Notes: generated by a model not told the origin, from the sequence alone. 64,000 nt of DNA from a virus (IMGVR_UViG_3300015214_000024:361787-425786), one strand, 5' to 3'; numbered from the stretch's first letter, positions 29,026 through 39,643 are shown. Translations and numbers: made by a program.

Positions 29026-29673
29026 TTAAAAGACTTGATCATATTCAACCGGCAAATAAGTTATAGTTATAGTAACGTCACCAGGTTGAAAATCAATATT
29101 TTCCATATCAAAATAAATTTTATTTGTTGGAGGATCTTCCAAATTAACAAATATTGAATATCGTCTATTTCTCAAAATTGACCCATCACTTAAAACCGTC
29201 GATCCATCATCTGTCAAATGATCCTCAGTTGCGGAGAATATATAAGGATTGGTCTCATCTTTATCAGGAGTAGACCAAGCCGTGACCTTAGCAACCTTAC
29301 TTAATGTTAAATCGTAAATGATAGACGATTTGGCCATAGCTAATTCAAATGACTGAGTTTCACCAGCAACTAAATTAGTAACGGTATATTCAACAGTAAC
29401 TCTTTTAGATGTTATGTCACCGCCTTTGGTAAAATAATCCCAAGTGCCGGCAGTTTCATTCCAAGTGTAAACGACACTCGTTTCAACCACAAAAACTGCC
29501 ATACCATCATCCAATCGGTCAACAGGTATGAGTGCCAAATCGTCATAAGTAGGCACGCCGCGCCAGCCGCCTTTGCCATATTTGGCGTGATGAGTAGGAA
29601 ATATGTCCGCATCTGTAAATGGTACGATAGCGGATGCAACGTTAGTACCTAAAATTGGTGTAGGATCTGCCAT
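29026..29673 (-). CDS. Putative virion/fibre-associated protein
   Basis: N-terminal FPTH...GKGGW ... GM.V.V.E...Y motif typical of phage fibre proteins; context. Confidence 0.55.
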   Translation of the reverse strand: MADPTPILGTNVASAIVPFTDADIFPTHHAKYGKGGWRGVPTYDDLALIPVDRLDDGMAVFVVETSVVYTWNETAGTWDYFTKGGDITSKRVTVEYTVTNLVAGETQSFELAMAKSSIIYDLTLSKVAKVTAWSTPDKDETNPYIFSATEDHLTDDGSTVLSDGSILRNRRYSIFVNLEDPPTNKIYFDMENIDFQPGDVTITITYLPVEYDQVF

Positions 29674-29676
29674 ATG

Positions 29677-30741
29677 TTATGCCCAATGTACCTGTATGTT
29701 TGCGCCAGTTTGAATATTGTTAATTCTAATCAAGTTATACTGTGAAGCATAACCAGAAGCATTTGTAAAATTAATCACGGTGGTGGTAAAGTCACTGAAT
29801 GCAAGGCCGCCAACAGTAACAGCATTCAATGTGCCGAAAGAAGCCGGATAGGCATAATAAACATATCTACCACCAGTAGCATTATAAGTAACATCTTTGA
29901 CTTTTGATGTTGAAAATTCAGAACTTAAAGCGATGATTTCCGAATCAGTCAAAGTAGTATTCGGAGAGACACCCCAATATCTTTTATTTCTAAATTGCAA
30001 AGATGCCGTTGATGTTGCTGTATTTCCAGCATTTGCTGTACCATCAGAAACTGTTAATGTCCAAGAACGGTCCGAGCTAAATGGACCGTTGACTGTCGCA
30101 GTAGTATCAGACGGGGTGAGCGGGGTTCCGGTATAGTTTGTCATAGCCAATGTTGCGGCTGTCTTGTTCAACGACCAATTCAATGTGACAGACCCAACAC
30201 TTGAACCAATTTCCACCAAATTTGGCGAGGCTGAGAATGAAGTGATCGCCATCGGCTTGTAAAGCAATGCTGCCATTTGAGCCTCCAAAATATCTAAACG
30301 TGCTTTATAATTTGCCAGGCCAGCAGGAGTAACTGCTACGTCATCTCTGACAGCAGCATCACATTCTTCCAAGGTGGCCTTAGGCACATCAATAGTCTTG
30401 TCAGCAGGTCCGTTATCAGTGACATATGCAAGACCAGTGCCAGTAATGGTAATAGATGGTGTGATCGCTGATGATAAATCATTAATGGAGGTCAAATATG
30501 TTTGACCTTGATCAGCCAACATTAACGTGGTATTACCATTTAAATTAGCTGTCGGGAATGTTGTTAAATTAAAAACATACTTACCCAATACATAATCACC
30601 AACAGATTCCGAAGTTATACTAACAGGTAGTTTTTCAGTAGCATTGTTAGCAGCTGGTAATAATTCATCACCAAGCAGTTCGTCCAAACGAGGCATTTGG
30701 ACAATGTTAGTCAATTCTAATGTTTGATCAGGTAATGCCAT
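29677..30741 (-). CDS. Putative fibre/virion protein with Ig-like C-terminal region
   Basis: AVTPAGL fibre motif, ITSFSASP, YYAYPASFG...FTNASGY; TAATG coupling. Confidence 0.6.
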   Translation of the reverse strand: MALPDQTLELTNIVQMPRLDELLGDELLPAANNATEKLPVSITSESVGDYVLGKYVFNLTTFPTANLNGNTTLMLADQGQTYLTSINDLSSAITPSITITGTGLAYVTDNGPADKTIDVPKATLEECDAAVRDDVAVTPAGLANYKARLDILEAQMAALLYKPMAITSFSASPNLVEIGSSVGSVTLNWSLNKTAATLAMTNYTGTPLTPSDTTATVNGPFSSDRSWTLTVSDGTANAGNTATSTASLQFRNKRYWGVSPNTTLTDSEIIALSSEFSTSKVKDVTYNATGGRYVYYAYPASFGTLNAVTVGGLAFSDFTTTVINFTNASGYASQYNLIRINNIQTGANIQVHWA

Positions 30742-33700
30742 TAAATTTTAATCCCGTTTCCGTCAATAAGAACAATGAACTGTTTGATTCGTAACAAATT
30801 AGCACCAACAGATAATGTGAAGCCACGGTCTTTGTAGTTTCCCCATTTATCATATGCTCTAACTGTAAAGAATGTTGTTGATCCTTCCGGTCCAGCAACA
30901 CCAGTAATAATTCCTGTACTACTATTTAGCGTAAAGCCTGGTGGCAAACTACCAAAAACTAATTCATATGAAACAATTTGATCAACTAAATGATGCTTTG
31001 TTCTCAATTGGATTGTTACTGGTTTTTCTGTAGTAATATATCCCAATTCTCCAGGAGGAGTAATCCAAATTGGAGGATTAGCTGACCAGAATTCTTTAGT
31101 AAGCCCATTATAGAAAACTTCCTGATAATCTGGAGCCCATTTGAGTTGAAAAACTTGACCATTAGTTAATTTGCCAATATAGCGATCAAATAATAATTCT
31201 TTACCAACAAAAGTTAAACCGTCAGCTTGAATATTTTGTTTCTCATCTAAAATTAGGCTATAATCAAAGTGAACCAATTGTCCGTCAAAAGTAGTTTCTA
31301 TATTCGATTGTGGCAAAAATCCAAGTTCTTCACAAGGGGCGCCAGTAATGTTCGATAAAGTGATGAAATTGCTTGCATAATTAAAACGCAAGGCATAGCC
31401 ATAAGTTGGCGTGAATTCTGTACCAATATAGCTATATTGAACTGACTGTTCTAAATACACTCGTATTTCATTATTACCAGCAGCAGATAATGCCTGTTCA
31501 ATATCGTTTTTAGCAGTGAAAACGTCACTACCAGTAAATGTTACTAAAACACCGCCAACAGACATTTGCGATCCGACAGTAACTATTGGATCTACTTTAT
31601 CAGCCAATAGCACGTGGCGATCAAAAGTAGTTTCCTGAATATTGAAACTAGTTTGGTTGATGATTTGAGTAAAGTTTTGTACAATAGTTTGTGCTTTTCC
31701 TGGCTGGACATATGCAAGAACTATTGCTGGAACATAACCTAAAGTTTTTCCTGTGTCATCCTGTGGCAATCTCATCCAAGCTGGTAGGAATTCATCATTT
31801 TCAAGCTGCTTGACCTCTTGGCGGATATTATCAAATGAATGACTGTAATATTGAATACCATCCTGTGTTGGAATATTATAATCGGTACCATCCTGTGGAT
31901 CAAGCAATGGAATATAAATTACTTCATACTCTACGTTGCCATAATTGTCTCTACCAACAGCATATGTTGGTATTCCCATCAAACTGCTAAATTTCTTATG
32001 ATGGTTGGATAATATATTTTGTATTTGATTTTTATCATCAGTATGAATATTATTTGTGACCAATACATCATATTGTGATGCCCTGCCAAATGTTGGACTA
32101 TCTGCCTTATATAAGACGCTGTCAGGAATTAAATCATCAGTATTCCAAGCTTCTAACATATGAACAAGTTCTACACTTAGCGGAACATAAAGGTCACAAG
32201 CAACACCAGTATATGCCGGCGTAGGAACAAATTTAATTACGAAATTTCTTGGTACAACATCAGATCCATCCATAGCTTCAACAATAAAACCAAGTTCTTG
32301 TGTTGAATAAACTTCACCAACATATCCTGTTAATAAACCATCACTTGATACACTTAAACCATATGGCAATGAACTATTGTATGATAAGCGATATGTTAAT
32401 GGCAATGGCCCGTCATCAGGATCAATCGCCTGGAACTGGAAATTAACATATTGGCCCGGATGATACTCGATTGGATTTGAACCATCAGTCAATTGCCCAG
32501 ATGGCGTAATCCAAATTGGTGCTAAATTAGTAGTATTGACGACCTTAACAGTAAATTGTTGATCAGAAAAAGCTAGATTAAAATCAGTTGCTCGAATAGT
32601 AAATTGATAGACGGTTTCACTATCAGTACCATTACTCGGTACGCCAGATAGTTGCCCAGTTGCTCCATTAAACAACATTCCCGTTGGTAAGAATCCGCTA
32701 ACAAAAGAATAAGTAACCACGGATCCTTCAGGATCATTAGCAACAAAGTATAAAGTAGTTGGCTCACCAGAAACAATATTACCAAGGTTTGAACTAGTTA
32801 TCCATACTGGAGGTTGATTTACTGTCGCACTGCTCACAAATATATTAAAAGATCTTTCAACTGTAAAAACACCATCAGTAACACTTGCAGTAAAATCATA
32901 CCCAGTGTCTTGTGATATTAAGCCAATAGTGCCAGTTATCGAACCATTAATTTGATCCAACACCAAGCCGGGTGGTAATGAACCAGATACTATTTGATAA
33001 GACAGTGAATCTCCTTCTGGATCGTGCGCAATTAATGATGTGGAATAAATTTGGCCATTGATACCAGACGGTAACGGTCCTTCCTGAGTCAACCATATTG
33101 GTGGTGAATTTGGATTCAAAGCACCGTCAGATATTGTTAATGTAAATTCTTGTTCAGACTCTAATCCAGCACCAGGATTTGACAATATATCAGATACTGT
33201 AATGTGGAACGTTACTAAAGTGTCCTCGTCAACCGATCCAAGTGTACCACGCAAATAACTGTCTTGAATATACAAACCAGATGGCAAATCTACTGACGAG
33301 TATGTTAAAAGATCACCATCTTCATCATCAGCATTTAGTAAAATATTAACATACGATCCTTCAGGAAAGATTCCAAGATCTGCGTCATTCAGCCAAACAG
33401 GTGCAACATTAATTTTATTGGTCAAAATTGAAAAAGTAGAAGGAACAAGCTTATATCCATTACTTGCATATACGGTAAAGACATAAAGTTTATCAATATT
33501 ATCTAAAATCGTACCAGTAATAGTACCATCAGTATTCAATGTTAATCCATTTGGGAACTCGCCAGAAGCAAAAAAGTAATTTAGAGTAAGATTTATCGTA
33601 TCGTGTGCCAGCAAAGTTAATGCTACATCATCATTTTGATAATAAGAGCCCAAATTCCCAGTTGGCGTATCCCATATAATATCTGATGTCAAGTGCTGTT

Positions 33701-36125
33701 TGTAAACAAGAATAGAAAACAGATTTACTACCACATTTGCACCATCTGACAAATATACAGCAAATTCATATCCATCCGATTCATCCGGTATTACTTGTAT
33801 TTGTCCAGATATAATTCCAGTCGCCGGATCTAATGTGAGCCCAGGAGGAAGTTCGCCAAATGTGTTGAAATATGTACCATCACCCGAACCTATTTCTAAA
33901 TTGTACGTTAGTGGTTGCGGATCAGGTGATTGGTCAATGCCCTCGAGCTGGATAGATACTGCATCACCTTCAGCATATGATCCTAAAATACCAGTGGGCG
34001 TAATCCAATATGGTTCATTTCCATTCCCATATTCAGTATTTTGCTTAATTACAATTTTAAAAGTTTTAGACGTGTTTGTGAAACCATCATAAGCATTTAT
34101 TGTAAAGCCAGTTTCAATATCACCATTTGTTGCAATTGGCGCGGTGCCAATGATTTGGTTATTAACCAATACCCACCCATATGGTAAATTACCAACAACT
34201 GAAAAAATGATCGGATCTGACGGAGAAGCAACATTGTCAGCATTCAATACTATATTGACCAGATCTCCTTCGCGCACTGTGCCTAAATCAGATTCAGTAT
34301 TCCATCGGGCCGGGATAGTACCTTCGACAATGCCAAATACAATATCAATTGTACCATTTGTATCTGACGGACTTTCATTATATCCATTGTGAGCTTTAAA
34401 CCTGACTGAATTATCGCCTATTAAGTTTGTATTTGCTACCCATCCATAGATACGACCAGTGCTTTCTTCAAGCACCAAACCATCCGGGAGTGATCCCATT
34501 TCTACAGTATATGATGATGCTGGACCAACAAAACTTACTGCACTGACGAACAATTCATAATAAGAATACATTGCCAAATTACTAAATGGTCCAGCAGAAG
34601 TCCATATAATACCAGTATCAATTTCAGTAACATTGAGTAATTTGTTATTTGATCCCACAGGCAGGCCGCTTATTTTATTTGTGGCGGCAGCATTGACCAT
34701 TAATGTTTTCAGTGTAGATGGAGACATATTACTAGTCTGCAATGCCATCGCCATCGCGCCAGCAACTAACGGTGTGGAAAAACTTGTACCGCTTGAAACT
34801 ATAGTTTCATTATATAAATTTGATGAAGTATTGAAAGAGGGAATCCAAGTCGATTCCATTCCAACACCTGGAGCATATAGCGTTACCGCTGATCCGTAGC
34901 AAGATGACGAAACATTAGCATTTCCGATATTATTGAAGCCAATATTGCCTAGTGTTGACTCACTGTCATCAACTAATGAAAAGTCAGCCAATTTATCCTG
35001 TTTGTCAGTCGCTCCAACTACCAAAATTGGACTTATTGAACTAATTCGGGCTGGTGAAACAAGCGATGCGTCTACGCCATAATTGCCTGCTGATATTGCA
35101 AAGTGCATACCATCAGCAGCCATATTAATAATAGCTTGTTCAATTAAATTAGGCAAATGACTATGGGTGCCAGAGGATATACCCAAAGCTGCTAATGGTG
35201 AATTAGTACCATCTGCTAGTGTTATGGAACCTAATGTTTTAAGTAAGATTACCAATTTGTTATTCTGGCTTATTGCTTCCACACCATCAATCGCTAAAGC
35301 ATTAATTTTATTAACTATTTCTGATGTCGATCCATTAATTAGTGATATATTCATCGAATTGATGGAAAATGTTGATGGTGCAGGTGCAGATGTTGCTGTT
35401 GCTGAAATTTTAACTGGTTCTACAATATTGGCGAAGCTTAAATTCACAACCGATGTAGGTTTACCCAATGCAATGTAATCTTGATATACTGCATTCAATC
35501 CAGCAATAATTCGCCCACTAGTTGATGTGGTTTGTCCAAAAACTTTAGCTGATCGAATCTTTGCACCTTTAGCTACACCATATGTTGATGAAACAGCAAG
35601 GCCAGAGATAAATGTTCCGTGGCCAAGTTCATCAGCGCCACGTTCAAATGCTTCATTGTAACTAGCATCACTATCATAAATTCGCTGATCGATTATAGGA
35701 TCAAATATTAAAGTAGGGAAATTGGGATCATATACTGGTGATACTCTATCGGACAATTCTAAATGGTTATATGATATGCCCGAGTCTACGGTATAGATAT
35801 TAACTCCAAGACCATCGTTAACATATGAGAAATTGCCATTCAGTGGCAATGCTGGCTGATCAATTCTATCTAAATGCCACAGATAATCGCTAGTAATGGT
35901 TTGCACTGTTTGCAATTCATATTGAGAAACTGGCTCAATAGCCGCGATCCTAGGATCGTCTTTGATCCATTTGGATAGAAGAGTACCTAAATTAGCAGAA
36001 AAGCCAGCAAATCCCACTTTAGAGACATTTGAAACCCGAACATTCCAAGCGGCAAGTTCTTCAATTAACCCATCAACAAAGCGTGGCTCTTTTACCTTTA
36101 CAATATATTCTTTAGCTTGACTCAT
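30741..36125 (-). CDS. S8 subtilisin-like protease fused to nine Ig/cadherin-like repeats (virion protein)
   Basis: I9-like prodomain (YIV, GFSA), WHLDRIDQ, VDSG, HGT, SAGN, SGTSFSTPLVAG; repeated PxWxT..G.LG ... LP.GL.L....G.I.G. Confidence 0.88.
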   Translation of the reverse strand: MSQAKEYIVKVKEPRFVDGLIEELAAWNVRVSNVSKVGFAGFSANLGTLLSKWIKDDPRIAAIEPVSQYELQTVQTITSDYLWHLDRIDQPALPLNGNFSYVNDGLGVNIYTVDSGISYNHLELSDRVSPVYDPNFPTLIFDPIIDQRIYDSDASYNEAFERGADELGHGTFISGLAVSSTYGVAKGAKIRSAKVFGQTTSTSGRIIAGLNAVYQDYIALGKPTSVVNLSFANIVEPVKISATATSAPAPSTFSINSMNISLINGSTSEIVNKINALAIDGVEAISQNNKLVILLKTLGSITLADGTNSPLAALGISSGTHSHLPNLIEQAIINMAADGMHFAISAGNYGVDASLVSPARISSISPILVVGATDKQDKLADFSLVDDSESTLGNIGFNNIGNANVSSSCYGSAVTLYAPGVGMESTWIPSFNTSSNLYNETIVSSGTSFSTPLVAGAMAMALQTSNMSPSTLKTLMVNAAATNKISGLPVGSNNKLLNVTEIDTGIIWTSAGPFSNLAMYSYYELFVSAVSFVGPASSYTVEMGSLPDGLVLEESTGRIYGWVANTNLIGDNSVRFKAHNGYNESPSDTNGTIDIVFGIVEGTIPARWNTESDLGTVREGDLVNIVLNADNVASPSDPIIFSVVGNLPYGWVLVNNQIIGTAPIATNGDIETGFTINAYDGFTNTSKTFKIVIKQNTEYGNGNEPYWITPTGILGSYAEGDAVSIQLEGIDQSPDPQPLTYNLEIGSGDGTYFNTFGELPPGLTLDPATGIISGQIQVIPDESDGYEFAVYLSDGANVVVNLFSILVYKQHLTSDIIWDTPTGNLGSYYQNDDVALTLLAHDTINLTLNYFFASGEFPNGLTLNTDGTITGTILDNIDKLYVFTVYASNGYKLVPSTFSILTNKINVAPVWLNDADLGIFPEGSYVNILLNADDEDGDLLTYSSVDLPSGLYIQDSYLRGTLGSVDEDTLVTFHITVSDILSNPGAGLESEQEFTLTISDGALNPNSPPIWLTQEGPLPSGINGQIYSTSLIAHDPEGDSLSYQIVSGSLPPGLVLDQINGSITGTIGLISQDTGYDFTASVTDGVFTVERSFNIFVSSATVNQPPVWITSSNLGNIVSGEPTTLYFVANDPEGSVVTYSFVSGFLPTGMLFNGATGQLSGVPSNGTDSETVYQFTIRATDFNLAFSDQQFTVKVVNTTNLAPIWITPSGQLTDGSNPIEYHPGQYVNFQFQAIDPDDGPLPLTYRLSYNSSLPYGLSVSSDGLLTGYVGEVYSTQELGFIVEAMDGSDVVPRNFVIKFVPTPAYTGVACDLYVPLSVELVHMLEAWNTDDLIPDSVLYKADSPTFGRASQYDVLVTNNIHTDDKNQIQNILSNHHKKFSSLMGIPTYAVGRDNYGNVEYEVIYIPLLDPQDGTDYNIPTQDGIQYYSHSFDNIRQEVKQLENDEFLPAWMRLPQDDTGKTLGYVPAIVLAYVQPGKAQTIVQNFTQIINQTSFNIQETTFDRHVLLADKVDPIVTVGSQMSVGGVLVTFTGSDVFTAKNDIEQALSAAGNNEIRVYLEQSVQYSYIGTEFTPTYGYALRFNYASNFITLSNITGAPCEELGFLPQSNIETTFDGQLVHFDYSLILDEKQNIQADGLTFVGKELLFDRYIGKLTNGQVFQLKWAPDYQEVFYNGLTKEFWSANPPIWITPPGELGYITTEKPVTIQLRTKHHLVDQIVSYELVFGSLPPGFTLNSSTGIITGVAGPEGSTTFFTVRAYDKWGNYKDRGFTLSVGANLLRIKQFIVLIDGNGIKI

Positions 36126-36186
36126 AGAAACCCACAATAACCAAATCTAGTTCTGGTTATTTATTGGTTTTCAGCAGGGTTAATTA

Positions 36187-36480
36187 TTAGCGTTTTTTGC
36201 GCTTAGTTGATGACTGATCATTCTTATCATAGTAGGATGGTGGCTTATTTTTAACCCATTTGATAAATTTTTCCATAGCTGGATGTGATCTGATCAATTC
36301 AGGAGTATTGAAGAATTTTGCTAATTGGTAATTGTCAATAGTAGAATGGATCTTAGTATGACAAAATCTATGAATTTCAATCGTGCCAGATTTTGCACCA
36401 CCTTTTTGCTTTGGTATTAAGTGGTGCAAATCGCTAGTACCCGGTTCAATTTCCCTATCACATATAGGACATAGCTTCAT
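36187..36480 (-). CDS. Small HNH-type nuclease
   Basis: CPIC, HHLIPK..GG, HRFCH.KIH. Confidence 0.75.
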   Translation of the reverse strand: MKLCPICDREIEPGTSDLHHLIPKQKGGAKSGTIEIHRFCHTKIHSTIDNYQLAKFFNTPELIRSHPAMEKFIKWVKNKPPSYYDKNDQSSTKRKKR

Positions 36481-36803
36481 TGAATCAATCTCATATGGCT
36501 TACCGCTGGCGTGTCAAAGCAAAAATAGTTAGTTTTATCAATTCCAAAGTCATAATATTGCACTCCGCAATCGTCCAAAATTTTCCTAACTCGAAATGGT
36601 GAGCCATCTTGAATAGTCAAATAATGACTACACTCTTTAACACCAAAAAGCCTAAAAAGAATTCGCCGAAGTAAGTTAGGATGCTCTAACATATCTAAAA
36701 TTCGAACAATTGGCGGTCTGGTAGACATTTGCACTGTAGTTGAGGAGCCATATGTGACCGATGAGCCGCCTGGTAATGTATTGAATTTGCCAAATTTAAC
36801 CAT
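36477..36803 (-). CDS. Hypothetical protein (MR[IL] C-terminal family)
   Basis: TAATG and ATGA overlaps; ends SHMRLIQ. Confidence 0.6.
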   Translation of the reverse strand: MVKFGKFNTLPGGSSVTYGSSTTVQMSTRPPIVRILDMLEHPNLLRRILFRLFGVKECSHYLTIQDGSPFRVRKILDDCGVQYYDFGIDKTNYFCFDTPAVSHMRLIQ

Positions 36804-37099
36804 TATGCGCAAATTCTCATAGCAGTCAATGTCGCCTCATTACTAATCAGATAATAATGCTTTTCACGAAGCTTCATAATTTTGATGTCAGAATCAGTAA
36901 TTATTCCATCTTTCAAAAAAGCTTTAATCATATCGTGATCATAAGAGGATGGTTCACACGCATCAGATATTTTATCAAACCAAGAATGAACCCTTAGGAA
37001 GATATAAAATTTCCTAAATTTGGAAATATCTTTATAATTCAGACTCAGAAACCTGCTTTCAATTTTACCTTCATCCATATCAGCACTCCAAATTACCAT
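36803..37099 (-). CDS. Hypothetical protein (MR[IL] C-terminal family)
   Basis: Ends EATLTAMRICA. Confidence 0.6.
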   Translation of the reverse strand: MVIWSADMDEGKIESRFLSLNYKDISKFRKFYIFLRVHSWFDKISDACEPSSYDHDMIKAFLKDGIITDSDIKIMKLREKHYYLISNEATLTAMRICA

Positions 37100-37105
37100 T
37101 TTTGA

Positions 37106-37447
37106 TTACTTCATTATTCTCATAGCAGTGAGATCAGTCTCACCGCCGGCAATAAATTTTACAAATTTTCGCTCAAAGCTTTTATCAGCAGCTTCTCTGA
37201 TTTGAAAATTTAGTCCTTGGTGTTTCATATCTTTAATTAAATCAATATGATCGTGCATATTGAACCAATATTCATTATAATATCGAGTAGTAAATTTATA
37301 CTTACCACCATAACGAAAATAATAATATAGTTGCTTGAACACACCAATTGGTTGCCATTCCAAACTAGTTTCTCTAAGTTTGTTATCTTCCCAATCACCT
37401 AAGAGCGGTGCCATCGACTTGCCTCCTATAACTTCTCGAATTCCCAA
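37106..37447 (-). CDS. Hypothetical protein (MR[IL] C-terminal family)
   Basis: Ends ETDLTAMRIMK; start uncertain. Confidence 0.6.
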   Translation of the reverse strand: MGIREVIGGKSMAPLLGDWEDNKLRETSLEWQPIGVFKQLYYYFRYGGKYKFTTRYYNEYWFNMHDHIDLIKDMKHQGLNFQIREAADKSFERKFVKFIAGGETDLTAMRIMK

Positions 37448-37448
37448 T

Positions 37449-38138
37449 TTACCACCAGCCCATATTAGTGAGCATATCCATCATAACCATACCTGACGTT
37501 ACACCAACATTGTATGAACGAAGGACGCCGCGTTGACGGACGCTAACAATATCGCCAAACAGGCTATTAAGCAATACATCAGGTACGCCACGGTTTTCGT
37601 TTCCAAAAACCAAAATAGGCGTCATATTTGCCGCAGCAGCGTGATCGTGAAGCTTGCGCCAATCAAAATTGGGTATTTCAGTACCGCCCTGCTCAACATA
37701 CACAGGCCAATAATTGCGATCTGTGAAAATCTTACGGACCTTATCGCAATCAATGGTTACTTCATCAACCATTGCCTCAATGCGCTCAACATTGATATAG
37801 TTTTCAGCGCCAACAGTACCGCGCTTGTCAATCTTTCGACGGCCAATGACCAATACTTCACGAGCCCCCATTAAGAGAGCATTCCGAATGATAGTACCAG
37901 TGTTTAGTTCACCAGTGACATTCAAAATAGCAACTGCATATGGTAGACGGTCTGAATCACATACCGCCTTACGCTCAGCTACGCTGATATCCTTATACTC
38001 TGGTAAAACATTGTGATGTGATAATGATGTAGCAATATCATCATTAGCCAACTTCTGATAATCAACCAATTGATCCTCCTTAACTTTTCGTCCTGTTTTA
38101 TAAGACAAAAGTAAGGCCAAGTCAAGTAGCATAGTCAA
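37449..38138 (-). CDS. SpoU/TrmH-family RNA 2'-O-methyltransferase
   Basis: SPOUT motifs NTGTIIRNA...GA, LVFGNENRGV, G.LRSYNVGV. Confidence 0.85.
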   Translation of the reverse strand: MTMLLDLALLLSYKTGRKVKEDQLVDYQKLANDDIATSLSHHNVLPEYKDISVAERKAVCDSDRLPYAVAILNVTGELNTGTIIRNALLMGAREVLVIGRRKIDKRGTVGAENYINVERIEAMVDEVTIDCDKVRKIFTDRNYWPVYVEQGGTEIPNFDWRKLHDHAAAANMTPILVFGNENRGVPDVLLNSLFGDIVSVRQRGVLRSYNVGVTSGMVMMDMLTNMGWW

Positions 38139-38440
38139 GCTTCTGACGAACTTTCTTCCATTTCTATACGGAGGGGAAATTTATATTGTTTGGCAAAATC
38201 TAGACAAATATTACGCTTTTCATCAGCAATTTCATAAATGTATGTTCCAACAACTGCTGAATCACTTTCGTGAACTTTTAGCATAATTTCAGTGGCAGAT
38301 TCAATATTATGATTGAATACTGAAACTAGCAATTTAACCACAAAATCCATAGGTGTATAATCATCATTAAAGAAAATAACATCATACATCTTTAATGGTG
38401 CAATTTTAATCTTTACCTTTTCCTCAAGGGCAGTATCCAC
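38135..38440 (-). CDS. clpS: ClpS N-degron adaptor
   Basis: NDDYTPMDFVV, IMLKVH, FPL. Confidence 0.93.
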   Translation of the reverse strand: MDTALEEKVKIKIAPLKMYDVIFFNDDYTPMDFVVKLLVSVFNHNIESATEIMLKVHESDSAVVGTYIYEIADEKRNICLDFAKQYKFPLRIEMEESSSEA

Positions 38441-38500
38441 AAAAAATCTCCTACTATTTCAAGCACACGTTCTACACTAAAATGATACTTATGTCAAGAA

Positions 38501-38959
38501 TTACAGCGAATCATAAACGACAATCTCAACACCTGCCATATCAAATAGCATTTGAGCAAATTCAAATGATTCTTTCCATCTTACTAATTTGTCTTCAGGA
38601 GTCTTAAGGGTAACTACTCGCGTTATGCCCTTTTGTATTATCGATAGGGCACAATCAGAACAAGGAGCAAAGGGATATACATAAAGAGTATAGCCGTCAA
38701 GGTCTTCATTGGCTGAAAGTATAGCATTAAGTTCAGCGTGAATTGTAACTTTATATTTTATATCGCGGTCATTAAGCCATTCAGGATTATCAATAATCTT
38801 AGATGGAAAGCCGTTGAAGCCTTGACTAGCTATTTTGTTATTTGGTCGAACAATGACTGCGCCAACACCAGTTGATGGATCTTTACTCCACGATGCATTA
38901 AGCTTAGCAGATTCTAAAAATTTTTTATCCCATCCGGTTGGTTGGCTTATAGTAGTCAT
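38501..38959 (-). CDS. cd: dCMP deaminase
   Basis: SKDPST.VGAVIV, GFNGFP, HAELNAI, PCSDC. Confidence 0.93.
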   Translation of the reverse strand: MTTISQPTGWDKKFLESAKLNASWSKDPSTGVGAVIVRPNNKIASQGFNGFPSKIIDNPEWLNDRDIKYKVTIHAELNAILSANEDLDGYTLYVYPFAPCSDCALSIIQKGITRVVTLKTPEDKLVRWKESFEFAQMLFDMAGVEIVVYDSL

Positions 38960-39389
38960 ATAATTCTATCAAACTTACTTGAAAAGATGAATTGTTAACT
39001 GTTCGGAAAAACGTGTCTTTCCAATAAGAAACATATTCATATGTTACAAAAATTATCAACAATGCCAAAACACTGTTTAACACTATTGTTGATGTTATAG
39101 TCCACCAAGCTAAAAATACTAACGAAGCACTATAAAATGCAATTGCGTTTGACCTATTGCTTGGTGGACGAAAAAAGAAATCAAAAAAAGTAAATTTAAC
39201 CCGATATACTTCATAAAGATCAGCCATAGCTAGAAAATAATTATAATTATTTTCCCCCAACATTTGTATGAAGGCATCTTTAGAGTCTGGACTATTCTTT
39301 AGCAATTTCGCCAACCTAAACTGATATGAATTTGTCAATACTCTTGACAGAACTAAACAGAAAAAGCTTAAAATCGCTAAGCTGAACAT
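38925..39389 (-). CDS. Hypothetical membrane protein
   Basis: Three hydrophobic stretches; TAATG coupling to the bS21 gene. Confidence 0.55.
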   Translation of the reverse strand: MFSLAILSFFCLVLSRVLTNSYQFRLAKLLKNSPDSKDAFIQMLGENNYNYFLAMADLYEVYRVKFTFFDFFFRPPSNRSNAIAFYSASLVFLAWWTITSTIVLNSVLALLIIFVTYEYVSYWKDTFFRTVNNSSFQVSLIELYDYYKPTNRMG

Positions 39390-39643
39390 TATCGGACCAA
39401 ACCTTCCTTCCTTAACTCACTGTGCATTTTACGCTGACGGCGGATTGCATCTAATTTTGCAAGACGCTTAATTTCACCTGGACGCTTAAATTCTTGACGC
39501 TGGCGCAATTCTTTAATCATACCATCAGTTGCTACTTTCTTTTTGAACTTTTTCAAGGCGCGTTCAAAATCATATTCATTTTTAACTTCGACTGAAAGTC
39601 CACCCTTGCCTGGGATGCAATTCCTGTGCTTATTTTGAGCCAT
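39389..39643 (-). CDS. rpsU: Ribosomal protein bS21
   Basis: VEVKN..FERALKKFKKKV...G.IKELRQR..F.RP.E.KR pattern; basic, 84 aa; AAAGGA RBS. Confidence 0.88.
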   Translation of the reverse strand: MAQNKHRNCIPGKGGLSVEVKNEYDFERALKKFKKKVATDGMIKELRQRQEFKRPGEIKRLAKLDAIRRQRKMHSELRKEGLVR

